DNA of 26,039 nucleotides from a virus (Duplodnaviria; Caudoviricetes). Location of the stretch: the IMG/VR virus record IMGVR_UViG_3300037605_000006, positions 1-26,039 of that record; one strand, written 5' to 3'. Position numbers and translations under genes: made by a program. Position 1 is the stretch's first letter. Each line of letters starts with the position of its first letter. The notes below the pieces were generated by a model, which saw only the letters and a list, made by a program, of their open reading frames with translations, was not told the origin of the DNA and did no database searches. Shown here piece by piece: positions 1-8,760 of the stretch.

Positions 1-22
1 CCCGAGTCGGCACCCCGACGCC

Positions 23-83
23 AGGCGGCACGGGGCCCTGAGCCAAGGCCACGCCGGAAGCTCTACGGCCCCGTCCACCGCCT
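23..83 (+). promoter_or_regulatory. Stem-loop immediately upstream of gene L (presumed M-L intergenic region)
   Basis: AGGCGG (23-28) pairs with CCGCCT (78-83) and ACGGGGCC (30-37) pairs with GGCCCCGT (67-74). The GGAGG RBS of L follows directly. Confidence 0.55.
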
Positions 84-98
84 TCACCCGGAGGCAGT

Positions 99-560
99 AT
101 GAGCCTGATCGCAGCCGGTGGCACCACCGAGCCCGTCATCATCACCAACGCAGCTTTTTTCCCGGACCTGAACCTTCAGGAATTCCGCGATTCGATGCGC
201 CTGGACGGCACCGTCACCGACGAGCGAGCCCAGCACGCCCTCGAGGCCGCGATGTTCGATGCCAATCGCTCTCTGGCCGATTACATGAAGTCTCAGAAGG
301 ATCTCGGCTTCGACAGCTTGGAAAACGTGCAAGATGCCGACTGGCAACCATCCGGCACAAACGTGCGCCTATACCTTCGGGCAGTCTGGTGTCTGGCAAA
401 GGCCAACCTGATCGAGCGGTACCGGGATTACGACTCCACAGGGAAAGGAGAAGCCAGGGCCGAGGCCATGGATCTGACCGGTGATGATCTCAGGCGTGAT
501 GCTGCTTGGGCGTTATCCGATATCCGGGGCGCCAATCGCACCACCGTGGAGCTAATCTGA
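99..560 (+). CDS. L: Head completion/stabilization protein (P2 gpL family)
   Basis: 153 aa with N..FFPDL...FR..MRLDG, YLRAVWCLAKANLIERYRDYDST and terminal TVELI; GGAGG RBS; precedes X. Confidence 0.92.
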   Translation: MSLIAAGGTTEPVIITNAAFFPDLNLQEFRDSMRLDGTVTDERAQHALEAAMFDANRSLADYMKSQKDLGFDSLENVQDADWQPSGTNVRLYLRAVWCLAKANLIERYRDYDSTGKGEARAEAMDLTGDDLRRDAAWALSDIRGANRTTVELI

Positions 561-766
561 TGGACGAGGTTCGAACCATCCAGGGCGATACCGTTGACCT
601 GGTCTGTTTCCGCTATTACGGCTACACCGCTGGCGTCACTGAGTCAGTTCTTGCCGCGAACCCTGGCCTCGCCGATCTGGGGCCGGTACTGCCGATCGGC
701 ACCGTGATCAAAATGCCAGAAGTCGCAGCCAAACCCACCCAAGCGACCGTCCAGTTGTGGAATTAG
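560..766 (+). CDS. X: Tail protein X (P2 gpX)
   Basis: Start re-called to ATG 560 (TGATG overlap with L); QGDTVDLVCFRYYG...VLAANPGLA..GPVLPIGT...VQLW signature. Confidence 0.93.
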   Translation: MDEVRTIQGDTVDLVCFRYYGYTAGVTESVLAANPGLADLGPVLPIGTVIKMPEVAAKPTQATVQLWN

Positions 767-775
767 GGAGACGGC

Positions 776-1189
776 ATGCCGCCAGAAAAGGCTGAATCTA
801 TGCAACTGCAAGAGATGGTCGCCCTGGATTGGGCGGCAAGGCTGAGACACCTGGAGGATCTTCACCCACGAGTGAATGCGCTGGAAAGCGCTGTCGCCGG
901 GCTGCACAAAGACCTTCAGAACCTCGCTGAAGACCAGAAAGAGAACCACAAGGAAACCCAACAGGCGCTGAAGGATTACCTGGAACACAGCCAGCAGCGA
1001 ATGGAAAAGGGTGAATCTGCCATGCAGGGGGCCATAAACCGCCTGGATAAGAACGTGACCGGATTGGCCAGAAAGGTGTGGTTCTTCGCTGGCGCTGTCT
1101 GGGTAATCATCGGTATCGCTGGTATCGCATTTGCCATGCGCAAAGAGCTGTTCAGCGCTGCAGCCGCTGTCATAGGAGCCACGACATAA
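776..1189 (+). CDS. Putative holin/XhlA-like protein (coiled coil plus C-terminal TM)
   Basis: Occupies the holin slot between X and the endolysin; heptad-rich soluble region followed by hydrophobic VWFFAGAVWVIIGIAGIAFAM. Confidence 0.55.
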   Translation: MPPEKAESMQLQEMVALDWAARLRHLEDLHPRVNALESAVAGLHKDLQNLAEDQKENHKETQQALKDYLEHSQQRMEKGESAMQGAINRLDKNVTGLARKVWFFAGAVWVIIGIAGIAFAMRKELFSAAAAVIGATT

Positions 1190-1986
1190 TGATCAAGATC
1201 GGAGATGTAGGCCAGCATGTCTCAGCCCTGCAAGCCAGTCTGAATAGTTTTGGGGCCGCTATCGAGGTGGACGGCTGGTTTGGGGAATCGACAGAAAATG
1301 CCGTAATACGCTTCCAACGCCAGAACGGCCTCATGGTTGACGGCATCGCCGGCCCGGCTACTCTTGCCCGCCTGGAACCATCCAACAGCTTCAGCCCAGA
1401 CAAGCTGCTGAGTGAGGATGACCTGAAATATGCGGCCCGACGGCTGGGCGTGCAGCTCGCCGCGATCAAGGCTGTAACAGAAGTAGAGAGTAAGGAATCC
1501 GGCTTCCTCCCCTCCGGCAAACCGGTGATCCTTTTTGAGCGGCACATCATGTACCGCCGCCTACACCCTTCCGAACGCGGGCACAACGCCGCCAAGGCGC
1601 CTGGCATCGTAAACGCAAAGCCAGGCGGGTATGTAGGCGGTGAAGGGGAATGGCGACGCCTGAGCCGGGCACGAAGCATCCACGAACCTACCGCCATCGA
1701 GTCAGCCAGCTGGGGCCTTTTCCAGATTATGGGTTTCCACTGGCAGGCCCTGGGCTACTCGTCCCCGTTTGATTTCTGGGCAGCCATGCACCGCAGCGAA
1801 GGTGAGCAGCTGGAGGCGTTCGTCCGGTTCATCAAAAAGGACAAGGCCCTGCACCAGGCGCTGAAGAACAGAGACTGGACAGCCTTCGCAGAGCGTTACA
1901 ATGGCCCCGCCTACGCCCGAAACCAGTACGACACCAAGATGGCGGCCGCCTATGACCGGTTCCGCGCTGTGGGGCGAATCTCGTGA
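1189..1986 (+). CDS. Modular endolysin: N-terminal peptidoglycan-binding domain plus DUF3380-type N-acetylmuramidase
   Basis: Start re-called to ATG 1189 (TAATG overlap). PG-binding motifs DGWFGESTENAVIRFQRQNGL and VDGIAGPAT; muramidase motifs AVTEVES, ILFERH, SASWGLFQIMGF, FAERYNGP. Confidence 0.92.
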   Translation: MIKIGDVGQHVSALQASLNSFGAAIEVDGWFGESTENAVIRFQRQNGLMVDGIAGPATLARLEPSNSFSPDKLLSEDDLKYAARRLGVQLAAIKAVTEVESKESGFLPSGKPVILFERHIMYRRLHPSERGHNAAKAPGIVNAKPGGYVGGEGEWRRLSRARSIHEPTAIESASWGLFQIMGFHWQALGYSSPFDFWAAMHRSEGEQLEAFVRFIKKDKALHQALKNRDWTAFAERYNGPAYARNQYDTKMAAAYDRFRAVGRIS

Positions 1987-2192
1987 AACTGACACCGGAA
2001 CAGCTGGACGCCTGGCGAGTAGTCCCCAGGCTCCTAGTGATCCTTTACGGCTGGCTCTGTTTCGACACTCACCAGTGGTTCATCGCCCTGGAAATGCCCA
2101 CCACAGCTCAGCAATTCTACGCGAACGTGATCTGGACCGGTGCGGCCGCGTGGTTCGGTTTCTACGTCAACAGCGGAAGAAAGCAGAAATGA
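1983..2192 (+). CDS. Small two-TM membrane protein, probable holin
   Basis: GTGA overlap with the endolysin; two hydrophobic segments and a basic C-terminus (SGRKQK); lies inside the lysis cassette. Confidence 0.6.
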   Translation: MKLTPEQLDAWRVVPRLLVILYGWLCFDTHQWFIALEMPTTAQQFYANVIWTGAAAWFGFYVNSGRKQK

Positions 2193-2659
2193 AGTTCTAC
2201 CTGGTAATCGGGCTGGTCATTACGGCGCTTTGCGGAGCCCTTTGGGCCAGCATCGATAACAACATGGAAATCAGCGCGAAACTGGCATCAACCGCCCAGG
2301 CATTGAACCTGCAGAAACAAGAGGCAGAGCAGACACAGGCCAGACTCACGGAGATGACAGAGGCCCGAGACCGCCTGGCTGAGCGGATTGAACGAATCAA
2401 GTCGAAGGGCTCCGACCTGGAAGCTGCCCTCGAGGCTGAAAGAGCAGCCCGGGCCCAACTGGAGAAAGAGAATGAAGCCTATCGTAACTGGGCTCGCACT
2501 GAGCTCCCTGATGTTGTTGTCCGCCTGCTCCGGAAAGGTCCAATACATCCAGACAACGGAATACCTGGTGTGCAGCAACGTGAAGGCACTGGCGATTCAG
2601 GAGCGTCACCCGGGCCGGGAGTGGATGAACCAGAACGGCGACCTGCTGGATCTGATTGA
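2189..2659 (+). CDS. lysB: Inner-membrane spanin (Rz/LysB-like)
   Basis: Start re-called to ATG 2189; N-terminal TM (FYLVIGLVITALCGALW), coiled coil, ENEAYRNWARTELPDVVVRLL motif typical of LysB. Confidence 0.85.
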   Translation: MKFYLVIGLVITALCGALWASIDNNMEISAKLASTAQALNLQKQEAEQTQARLTEMTEARDRLAERIERIKSKGSDLEAALEAERAARAQLEKENEAYRNWARTELPDVVVRLLRKGPIHPDNGIPGVQQREGTGDSGASPGPGVDEPERRPAGSD

Positions 2660-2771
2660 CCGGTACAGCATCAAACTCACTACCCAGAACGATCGCATGA
2701 CTGAAATCTGGGACGAGATCGAAAGCTGCGAACAGAAAGCCCAGCAGATGAGCACGCAGGAGCCAGAATGA
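2472..2771 (+). CDS. lysC: Outer-membrane spanin lipoprotein (Rz1/LysC-like)
   Basis: ATG 2472 in an alternate frame inside lysB; signal peptide MKPIVTGLALSSLMLLSA-C with lipobox LSAC; NGDLL motif. Confidence 0.8.
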   Translation: MKPIVTGLALSSLMLLSACSGKVQYIQTTEYLVCSNVKALAIQERHPGREWMNQNGDLLDLIDRYSIKLTTQNDRMTEIWDEIESCEQKAQQMSTQEPE

Positions 2772-3232
2772 AAAAACTTGCCGACCTCCGAAATCACATA
2801 CTGGCCAATGTATCGGACCTCAAGCGGAACCCGGATAAGCTTCTGAGTTTCATCGAGGATGGAAACATCGAATTCTGGCAGGGCCCGAACCTCAGCCACA
2901 TGTATACCCTTCCGATCAGAATTATCGTCACCGATTACAGCGGCGATCTTGACCTCCTGATACTGCCCATTCTCTCCTGGCTGGCATACCGTGAGCCTGG
3001 CGCGGACCCGCAACGCTCCATCAGCTTTGAGGCCGAGCTCCTGAACAACAACAGCTACGACATCAGCATCACTGTGAACGTGACCGAGCGGGTGATCGTG
3101 TCCGCGCTGGAGACTGGTTTCCAGACCGAGCACGTATTGCCTGAGCCAGAGTTGGAAATGAACCCGGATTCCGAGTGGCAGATCATCATGGACCTCCACG
3201 GCCTGACCGAACAGGTACCGGGCGATGACTGA
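2768..3232 (+). CDS. R: Tail completion protein (P2 gpR)
   Basis: MKKL..LR, NPDKL..FIEDG, FEAELLNN...DISI...VTERVIV, H..PEP. Confidence 0.92.
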   Translation: MKKLADLRNHILANVSDLKRNPDKLLSFIEDGNIEFWQGPNLSHMYTLPIRIIVTDYSGDLDLLILPILSWLAYREPGADPQRSISFEAELLNNNSYDISITVNVTERVIVSALETGFQTEHVLPEPELEMNPDSEWQIIMDLHGLTEQVPGDD

Positions 3233-3680
3233 CGACATCGACGCCCTCGCTGGCTGGGTGGAACCGCTGCTGCGGAAGATGGATCCAGCCGAACGCCGCA
3301 AGCTGATGAAAACCATTTCCCGGGATCTCCGGAAAGAGAACCAGGAGCGGATGAAAGCCCAGGAAGGGCCCGATGGACAGAAATGGGACCCGAGAAAGAA
3401 AAGGAACCTACGCGGTAAACGCGGCCAGATTCGCAAAAAGGCCATGTTTACCAAGTTGAGGACAGCCAAGTACCTCAAGATCAGAACCAGCCCGGATTCC
3501 GCCGGCCTGGCTTTTGCCGGACCAGCAGCCCGCATCGCCGTGATTCACCACTACGGACTGCGTGCAAAAGTGGACAAAAACGGCCCGATCTACGACTACC
3601 CTGCACGTCGCCTTATTGGTTTTGGCCGAGGCGACCTGGAACTCATCGCCGACCGCGTCCTGGAACACATCCAGCCCTAA
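3225..3680 (+). CDS. S: Virion morphogenesis/tail completion protein (P2 gpS)
   Basis: Q.GPDG..W.PRK, MFTKLRTAKYLK, RIA.IHHYGLR, YPARRLIGF. Confidence 0.93.
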   Translation: MTDDIDALAGWVEPLLRKMDPAERRKLMKTISRDLRKENQERMKAQEGPDGQKWDPRKKRNLRGKRGQIRKKAMFTKLRTAKYLKIRTSPDSAGLAFAGPAARIAVIHHYGLRAKVDKNGPIYDYPARRLIGFGRGDLELIADRVLEHIQP

Positions 3681-3685
3681 ACCCT

Positions 3686-3720
3686 GCTTTTTGTTCCGCT
3701 AACCGTTACAACGTCAACGG
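3686..3720 (+). promoter_or_regulatory. Putative late promoter/Ogr-type activator site upstream of V
   Basis: TTGT-N13-ACAA dyad (TGT 3692-3694, ACA 3708-3710) in the S-V gap, where P2 has late promoter pV. Confidence 0.45.
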
Positions 3721-3757
3721 CTTCTTATTGTTGGGCCCAAAAATACAAACTGGCCCC

Positions 3758-4318
3758 ATGAACACACTCGCTGAAGCCTTCCGCCTGATCAACAACATTG
3801 TCCGAATCGGCCAAGTGGCCGAAGTCGATGTTTCGCGCGCACGTGCCCGCGTCCAGGCTGGCGACAACCTGACAGGCTGGCAGCCATGGGTATCAGCAAG
3901 AACCGGAACCAGCTTGGAATGGGATCCACCCACCGTTGGGGAACAAGTAGTCCTTCTCTCGCCGTCTGGCGACCTGGCCCAGGCAATAATTGTGACCGGG
4001 CTATATAAGCAGAACGCACCCTCCGACAGCGCCGACGAGCATAAGCGGGTCTACCCGGACGGTGCCAGCATCACCTACGACCATGTGAAGAAAGAGCTGG
4101 TCGCCAGCTTTCCCGGAAAGGTGAACATCAACATAACCGGCGACGCCACAGTCAACGTAGGCGGAAACGCCACTACAGCGGTGGCAGGAACCTGCAAAGT
4201 CAACGCTCTGAAGATCCATCACAACAACGGCAATCCCGTCGTCACCACGGGCCATATCTGCCATTTCACCGGCCTTCCGCATGGTGATGGGTCCAGCACA
4301 GTAACAGCGGGGAAATAG
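3758..4318 (+). CDS. V: Baseplate assembly/spike protein (P2 gpV)
   Basis: Start re-called to ATG 3758; NIVRIG.V..VD...ARARV, W.PPTVGEQVVLLSPSGD, YPDGA.I.YD; His-rich tip (HICHFTGLPH). Confidence 0.93.
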   Translation: MNTLAEAFRLINNIVRIGQVAEVDVSRARARVQAGDNLTGWQPWVSARTGTSLEWDPPTVGEQVVLLSPSGDLAQAIIVTGLYKQNAPSDSADEHKRVYPDGASITYDHVKKELVASFPGKVNINITGDATVNVGGNATTAVAGTCKVNALKIHHNNGNPVVTTGHICHFTGLPHGDGSSTVTAGK

Positions 4319-4320
4319 CC

Positions 4321-4518
4321 ATGGCCTTAAGCAAGAGTCAGCTGAAAACCCGGATCATCAATGAAATGAAAGCCCAGGGCGCTAACGAAACAGGCCCCTT
4401 CAGCTGGGTTGAAAAGATGGCCGAGGCCATTTCCAACGCCGTGGTGGATGAGATTCAAGCGAACGCGCAAGTGCCCGTAACAGGCGGCTCCAGTGCGGGT
4501 ACCTACAAGGTCGAATGA
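4321..4518 (+). CDS. Small hypothetical protein between V and W
   Basis: 65-aa ORF tightly packed between V and W with an ATGA overlap into W. Confidence 0.75.
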   Translation: MALSKSQLKTRIINEMKAQGANETGPFSWVEKMAEAISNAVVDEIQANAQVPVTGGSSAGTYKVE

Positions 4519-4859
4519 TGGGAATGAATGCAGAGACGGGCCGTTACCTGTCCGGAACAGCACATATCAGTCAGAGCATCGGTACCATTTTGGCAACACC
4601 GTTGGGATCTCGCGTTATGCGCCGGGATTTCGGTTCGTTGATCCCTGAACTGATTGATCAACCCCTAAATCGTGCCACCGTGCTCAGGCTTTACAGTGCG
4701 GCCGTTGTTGCCATTCAACAGTGGGAACCAAGGGTTCGCGTTGGCAACGTCAACCGCTCCATGGGCGAGGACGGCCGCTTTACCCTTGAGATTTCTCTGA
4801 CCAGGACTGACACCGGTGAATCCGATCAGATCCGCGTGCCGGTAGGAGGTACGCTGTGA
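4515..4859 (+). CDS. W: Baseplate wedge protein (gpW/gp25 family)
   Basis: GMNAETG, HISQSI..IL.TPLGSRVMRRDFGS, WEPRV. Confidence 0.95.
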   Translation: MMGMNAETGRYLSGTAHISQSIGTILATPLGSRVMRRDFGSLIPELIDQPLNRATVLRLYSAAVVAIQQWEPRVRVGNVNRSMGEDGRFTLEISLTRTDTGESDQIRVPVGGTL

Positions 4860-5767
4860 GCGGCCCCATTGATCTATCCAGACTCCCCAAGCCCAAGGTT
4901 ATCGAGGAGCTAGATTACGAAACCATCCTGGAACAGCGGAAACAGAAACTGCTTTCCCTGGTACCTGAAGATCGTCGCCAGGAGGTGGAGGAAACGCTCG
5001 CCCTGGAATCCGAACCACTCACCATTCAGTTGCAGGAGAATGCCTACCGTGAGCTGGTATGGCGTAAGCGGGTAAACGAAGCGGCAGTGGCGAACATGCT
5101 GGCGTTTGCCGAGGATGAAGATCTGGACAACCTGGTTGCCAACTTCGACACCGAACGGTTGATGGTGGATCCCGGCGATCCGAACGCCATACCGCCGGTA
5201 CAGCCTACCTACGAAAGCGATGAAAACCTTAGGATCCGCTCCCAGCAATCATGGGAAGGACTGAGCGTGGCAGGCCCAACCGGCGCCTACGAATTCCATG
5301 CTCTATCAGCTGACGGCCGCGTGGCAGATGCCAGAGCTGAAAGCCCTTTACCGGCTGAAGTCACTGTCACATTACTGTCTACAGAGGCGGACGGAACGGC
5401 CAGTCAGGAGATCATCAATAACGTAGCTGCAGCGCTGTCTGATGAGGACACCAGGCCCGTTGGCGATCGGGTAACCGTTCAGTCTGCAGCGATCGTGAAC
5501 TACCAGGTGGACGCCATTCTGTATGTCTACCCAGGGCCTGAGCAGGAACCCATCCTTGAAGCTGCTCAGGAAGCACTTACCAAATACGTGAGCGAGCAGC
5601 GCCGCATTGGCCGCGACATTCGAATATCGGCACTGCATGCGGCACTGCACGTTGAGGGCGTGCAACGGGTTGAGCTGGCCCAACCAGCTAGCGACTTGGT
5701 GCTATCCGGCACTGAAGCAGCGTACTGCACAAGCACCAGCGTATTGATCGGTGGCAGCGATGAGTGA
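4856..5767 (+). CDS. J: Baseplate assembly protein J
   Basis: IDLSRLP.P..IEELDYETIL, LESEPL, LSVAGPTGAYEFHALSADGRV, RPVGDRVTV. Confidence 0.96.
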   Translation: MSGPIDLSRLPKPKVIEELDYETILEQRKQKLLSLVPEDRRQEVEETLALESEPLTIQLQENAYRELVWRKRVNEAAVANMLAFAEDEDLDNLVANFDTERLMVDPGDPNAIPPVQPTYESDENLRIRSQQSWEGLSVAGPTGAYEFHALSADGRVADARAESPLPAEVTVTLLSTEADGTASQEIINNVAAALSDEDTRPVGDRVTVQSAAIVNYQVDAILYVYPGPEQEPILEAAQEALTKYVSEQRRIGRDIRISALHAALHVEGVQRVELAQPASDLVLSGTEAAYCTSTSVLIGGSDE

Positions 5768-6383
5768 ACCCACGTCCTTATTGCCTAACAACTCTACGCC
5801 GTTAGAACGTGCGGCAGCTGAGGCTTTAGCGGAAATTCAGAGGGTACCGGTGCCAATTCGCACCCTTTGGAACCCCTATAACTGCCCTGCAAAGCTACTG
5901 CCCTACCTCGCCTGGGCTTTCAGTGTCGACCGTTGGGATGCTGCCTGGAGCGAAGCTGCAAAGCGCGAGGTTATCGCCACCAGTTTTTACATTCACAAGA
6001 AGAAAGGAACAATCGGCGCCATTCGGAGGGTAGTTGAGCCGCTTGGATACCCACTAACCATAAAGGAATGGTGGCAGACCGAGCCGGCGGGCACCCGTGG
6101 AACCTTCACGATCAAGATTGCCATACCGAACTCTGGCATCACGGAAGAAATGTATCAGGAGATTGAACGTCTTATTGATGATGCCAAGCCAGTCAGTCGG
6201 CACATCGATAGGCTGGATCTAGCCGGAGAATCTACCGGTCAATTCTATTTCGGTTTGGCCACCTACGATGGTGATGTAACGGCCGTTCTGCCTTACCAGC
6301 CAATTGATACAGAAGTAACCGGCCATTACTTCCTGGGCGCCTCCACCGATAGCAATGATTCGGCAACCGTATACCCACTGTAA
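5760..6383 (+). CDS. I: Tail protein I (baseplate)
   Basis: Start at ATG 5760; LLP.N.TPLERA, LWNP..CP..LLPYLAWAFSVDRWD, HKKKGTIGA, IDDAKPVSRH. Confidence 0.95.
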   Translation: MSEPTSLLPNNSTPLERAAAEALAEIQRVPVPIRTLWNPYNCPAKLLPYLAWAFSVDRWDAAWSEAAKREVIATSFYIHKKKGTIGAIRRVVEPLGYPLTIKEWWQTEPAGTRGTFTIKIAIPNSGITEEMYQEIERLIDDAKPVSRHIDRLDLAGESTGQFYFGLATYDGDVTAVLPYQPIDTEVTGHYFLGASTDSNDSATVYPL

Positions 6384-6394
6384 CAGGAGCAAAC

Positions 6395-7930
6395 ATGGCG
6401 ACGTTTTATACGATTCTCACTGAAGTAGGCCAAGCAAAGCTTGCCAACGCCGTGGCGCTCGGCCAGACAATAAACATTACAGAGCTTGCTGTGGGCGATG
6501 GTGGCGGCTCACTTCCGACTCCAGAAACCAGCCGAACAACCTTGGTTAACGAAGTGCGACGGGCTGCCATTAACAGCATTGAAGTTGACGCTGACAACTC
6601 ATCCTGGGTGGTTGTTGAGCAGGTGCTGCCACCGGAAGTTGGTGGCTGGACAATACGGGAAATAGGCATTTTCGACATTGACGGTGATCTTATCGGATAC
6701 GGAAACTATCCAGAAACCTATAAGCCGATTCTGTCCGAAGGGTCCAGCCGAACCCAGACTGTCCGCTTTATCATGGAGGTTTCCGACACAGCTTCAGTTA
6801 CCCTTAAAGTCGACCCTTCAGTGGTTTTAGCAACACGTAAGTATGCGGATGATGGCCTGGCCAACCATGAGTCGAGTCGAAACCACCCTAGTGCAACGGA
6901 AGACGATCAGGGAATGCTCTTGCTCGCTACGCTGGAAAAGGCAATAGAGGGTTTAGATGACAACAGTAGTATGTCTCCAAAAAAAGTGCATGCCGCCTTA
7001 AAACAGTTTGGTCTTGGATATCAGGCAGCGTTAACCGAAGTCGATGCGAATCTTTATACAACCTCAGGCCTGTTCCTGACGCCGGCTTCAGGACACATTA
7101 ATTTTCCAAGCGAAGGCGATAATACCCGGGCACCGATAATCGTAGTCGGTGGAGCCAATTTCATCGGTCAAATACTGTTCCAGCAAAAAACTGGCAGGCT
7201 CTTTTACCGCACTGGAGTTACTAACGACCTATCAACTATAGCGTGGCAAGAAATATCCACCTCAGTTGGGACATCTGCAAATCAAACGACACAGATTTTC
7301 ACATCAAGCGGAACTTGGAATAAGCCAACAGGATGCAAGAAAGTTACTGTCACTGTAGTTAGTGGTGGGGGTGCCGGCGGCGGTGCGGAAGTAACAGGGA
7401 GCGGTGAACATAGCGTCGGTTCGGGCGGTGGCGGTGGTGGCTGCAGCATCAAAACGATCGACGTAAATTCTGTCTCAAGTGTTCCTGTTTCTGTTGGTGA
7501 GGGTGGCATCGCATCAGCAGGCGCGGCTGGTGGTGACGGCGGGGCTTCGTCCTTTGGCGCCTTTGTTTCCGTACCTGGTGGTACTGGTGGAGATACCATG
7601 TTCGCCGCTACCGGTTCAGGTGTCACTCTGAACGTTGGTCTTGGCGGCGAAGGAACTGGCGGGGACCTGAACTTAAAGGGTAGCGACGGAAGCGGAGGTT
7701 TTCGTGATCCAAGCACCCATAATCATGCAGGTAATGGTGGTGCCTCTGCGGGCATTTCTGGTGGTGGTGGCCGTGGCATTCTTACTGGGGTAGGTGCGGG
7801 GAGTGCGGACGGTCACGCAGGGGGCAACTACGGAGGCGGCGGTGGCGGCGCTGCCAATAGTCAAAGCCAGACTGCGAAATCCGGAGGACCTGGCGCAGGC
7901 GGTATCGTGATCGTGAAGGAGTACTACTAA
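6395..7930 (+). CDS. H: Tail fibre protein (P2 gpH N-terminus with glycine-rich C-terminal domain)
   Basis: FYTILT.VG.AKLANA, GGWTIREIG, YPETYKP, DPSVVLATR; C-terminal IFTSSGTWNKP.G...GGGAGGG ... GAGGIVIVKEY. Confidence 0.92.
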   Translation: MATFYTILTEVGQAKLANAVALGQTINITELAVGDGGGSLPTPETSRTTLVNEVRRAAINSIEVDADNSSWVVVEQVLPPEVGGWTIREIGIFDIDGDLIGYGNYPETYKPILSEGSSRTQTVRFIMEVSDTASVTLKVDPSVVLATRKYADDGLANHESSRNHPSATEDDQGMLLLATLEKAIEGLDDNSSMSPKKVHAALKQFGLGYQAALTEVDANLYTTSGLFLTPASGHINFPSEGDNTRAPIIVVGGANFIGQILFQQKTGRLFYRTGVTNDLSTIAWQEISTSVGTSANQTTQIFTSSGTWNKPTGCKKVTVTVVSGGGAGGGAEVTGSGEHSVGSGGGGGGCSIKTIDVNSVSSVPVSVGEGGIASAGAAGGDGGASSFGAFVSVPGGTGGDTMFAATGSGVTLNVGLGGEGTGGDLNLKGSDGSGGFRDPSTHNHAGNGGASAGISGGGGRGILTGVGAGSADGHAGGNYGGGGGGAANSQSQTAKSGGPGAGGIVIVKEYY

Positions 7931-8667
7931 TGCTTAAAGTACTGGCCCTTGGACAGTCAAACATGAGTGGACGTGGAAGTGGCGGTCGCTCGCCGCTTGA
8001 ATGCGATTCACGTGTTGAAGTTTGGAATAACACCAATGAGTTGGGTGCGGACGGAACAGCGTTTATCTCACCGCCTGACTTTGGCAACAGTCCCTGGGAC
8101 GCCAACGGTGGCAACAATCTTGCCTTGTGGTTTTGTCATCGGGCCGCCCAGGAGCTGCAAACCGATGTGCGTCTGGTTTTGGTATCAAAGGGAGGGACTA
8201 CGCTGGCCGAATGGGGCCCCGCTGGCATTATGTACACTGAAGCAAGTGGCGTGCATTCTGCCTCTGGTTTGGGACCGGCTGACGTTTTGTTGTGGCATCA
8301 AGGGGAGTCCGACCGGCCGTCTTCGAACGGAGGTACTGGTATACCACCGGCGGACTATAAGACGAACTTTTTGGCAATGCTCTCGTCACTGAAAAATGAT
8401 GGACTATTAGCGGCTAATGCTCCCGCCATCGTTGGAGGCCTTTACCTGCCAACGGCCGGCAATATTGACACTGCTCTACAGGAGCTTGCCAACGAAAATG
8501 ATGGTGTCTACTACGCTGGAATTACTGACTTAAAAACATCGGATGGAATACACTTTGCGGGCGCATCGTTGTACCACTTAGGGTTCTATCGATACTGGAA
8601 CCAGTACCGGGATCGACTCGGCTTTCCTAGGATTTCTGGAGATATAGGTTTAGTTTCAACGTTTTGA
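7930..8667 (+). CDS. SGNH-hydrolase, sialate O-acetylesterase (SASA)-like carbohydrate esterase
   Basis: GQSNM (catalytic Ser), KGGT, WHQGESD and DGIH blocks in the expected order; TAATG overlap with the fibre gene. Confidence 0.85.
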   Translation: MLKVLALGQSNMSGRGSGGRSPLECDSRVEVWNNTNELGADGTAFISPPDFGNSPWDANGGNNLALWFCHRAAQELQTDVRLVLVSKGGTTLAEWGPAGIMYTEASGVHSASGLGPADVLLWHQGESDRPSSNGGTGIPPADYKTNFLAMLSSLKNDGLLAANAPAIVGGLYLPTAGNIDTALQELANENDGVYYAGITDLKTSDGIHFAGASLYHLGFYRYWNQYRDRLGFPRISGDIGLVSTF

Positions 8668-8681
8668 TATCAAATCCAATG

Positions 8682-8719
8682 ACCGCCATTGTACGTTGTT
8701 ACATTGGCGGTTCACTTCC
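8682..8719 (+). terminator. Hairpin ending the V-W-J-I-H-esterase unit, possible terminator
   Basis: ACCGCCA-T-TGTA / TACA-T-TGGCGGT stem (8682-8711), 14 nt after the esterase stop; weak U-tract. Confidence 0.45.
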
Positions 8720-8760
8720 TCGGGGGAGCACATTAGCAAACCCCTTTACGCATATGACGC

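Noticed and set aside
1078-1188. Long N-terminal extensions in the ORF track (also at 506, 1901, 2388, 11293, 17777, 21401, 22156, 22822)
   Set aside because: They overlap upstream genes; downstream starts with an RBS or stop-start overlap fit the protein families better.
7360-7900. GGT/GGC-rich repeats that could suggest a tandem repeat or diversity-generating target
   Set aside because: Explained by the glycine-rich fibre domain; no reverse transcriptase, template repeat or invertase is visible in the window.
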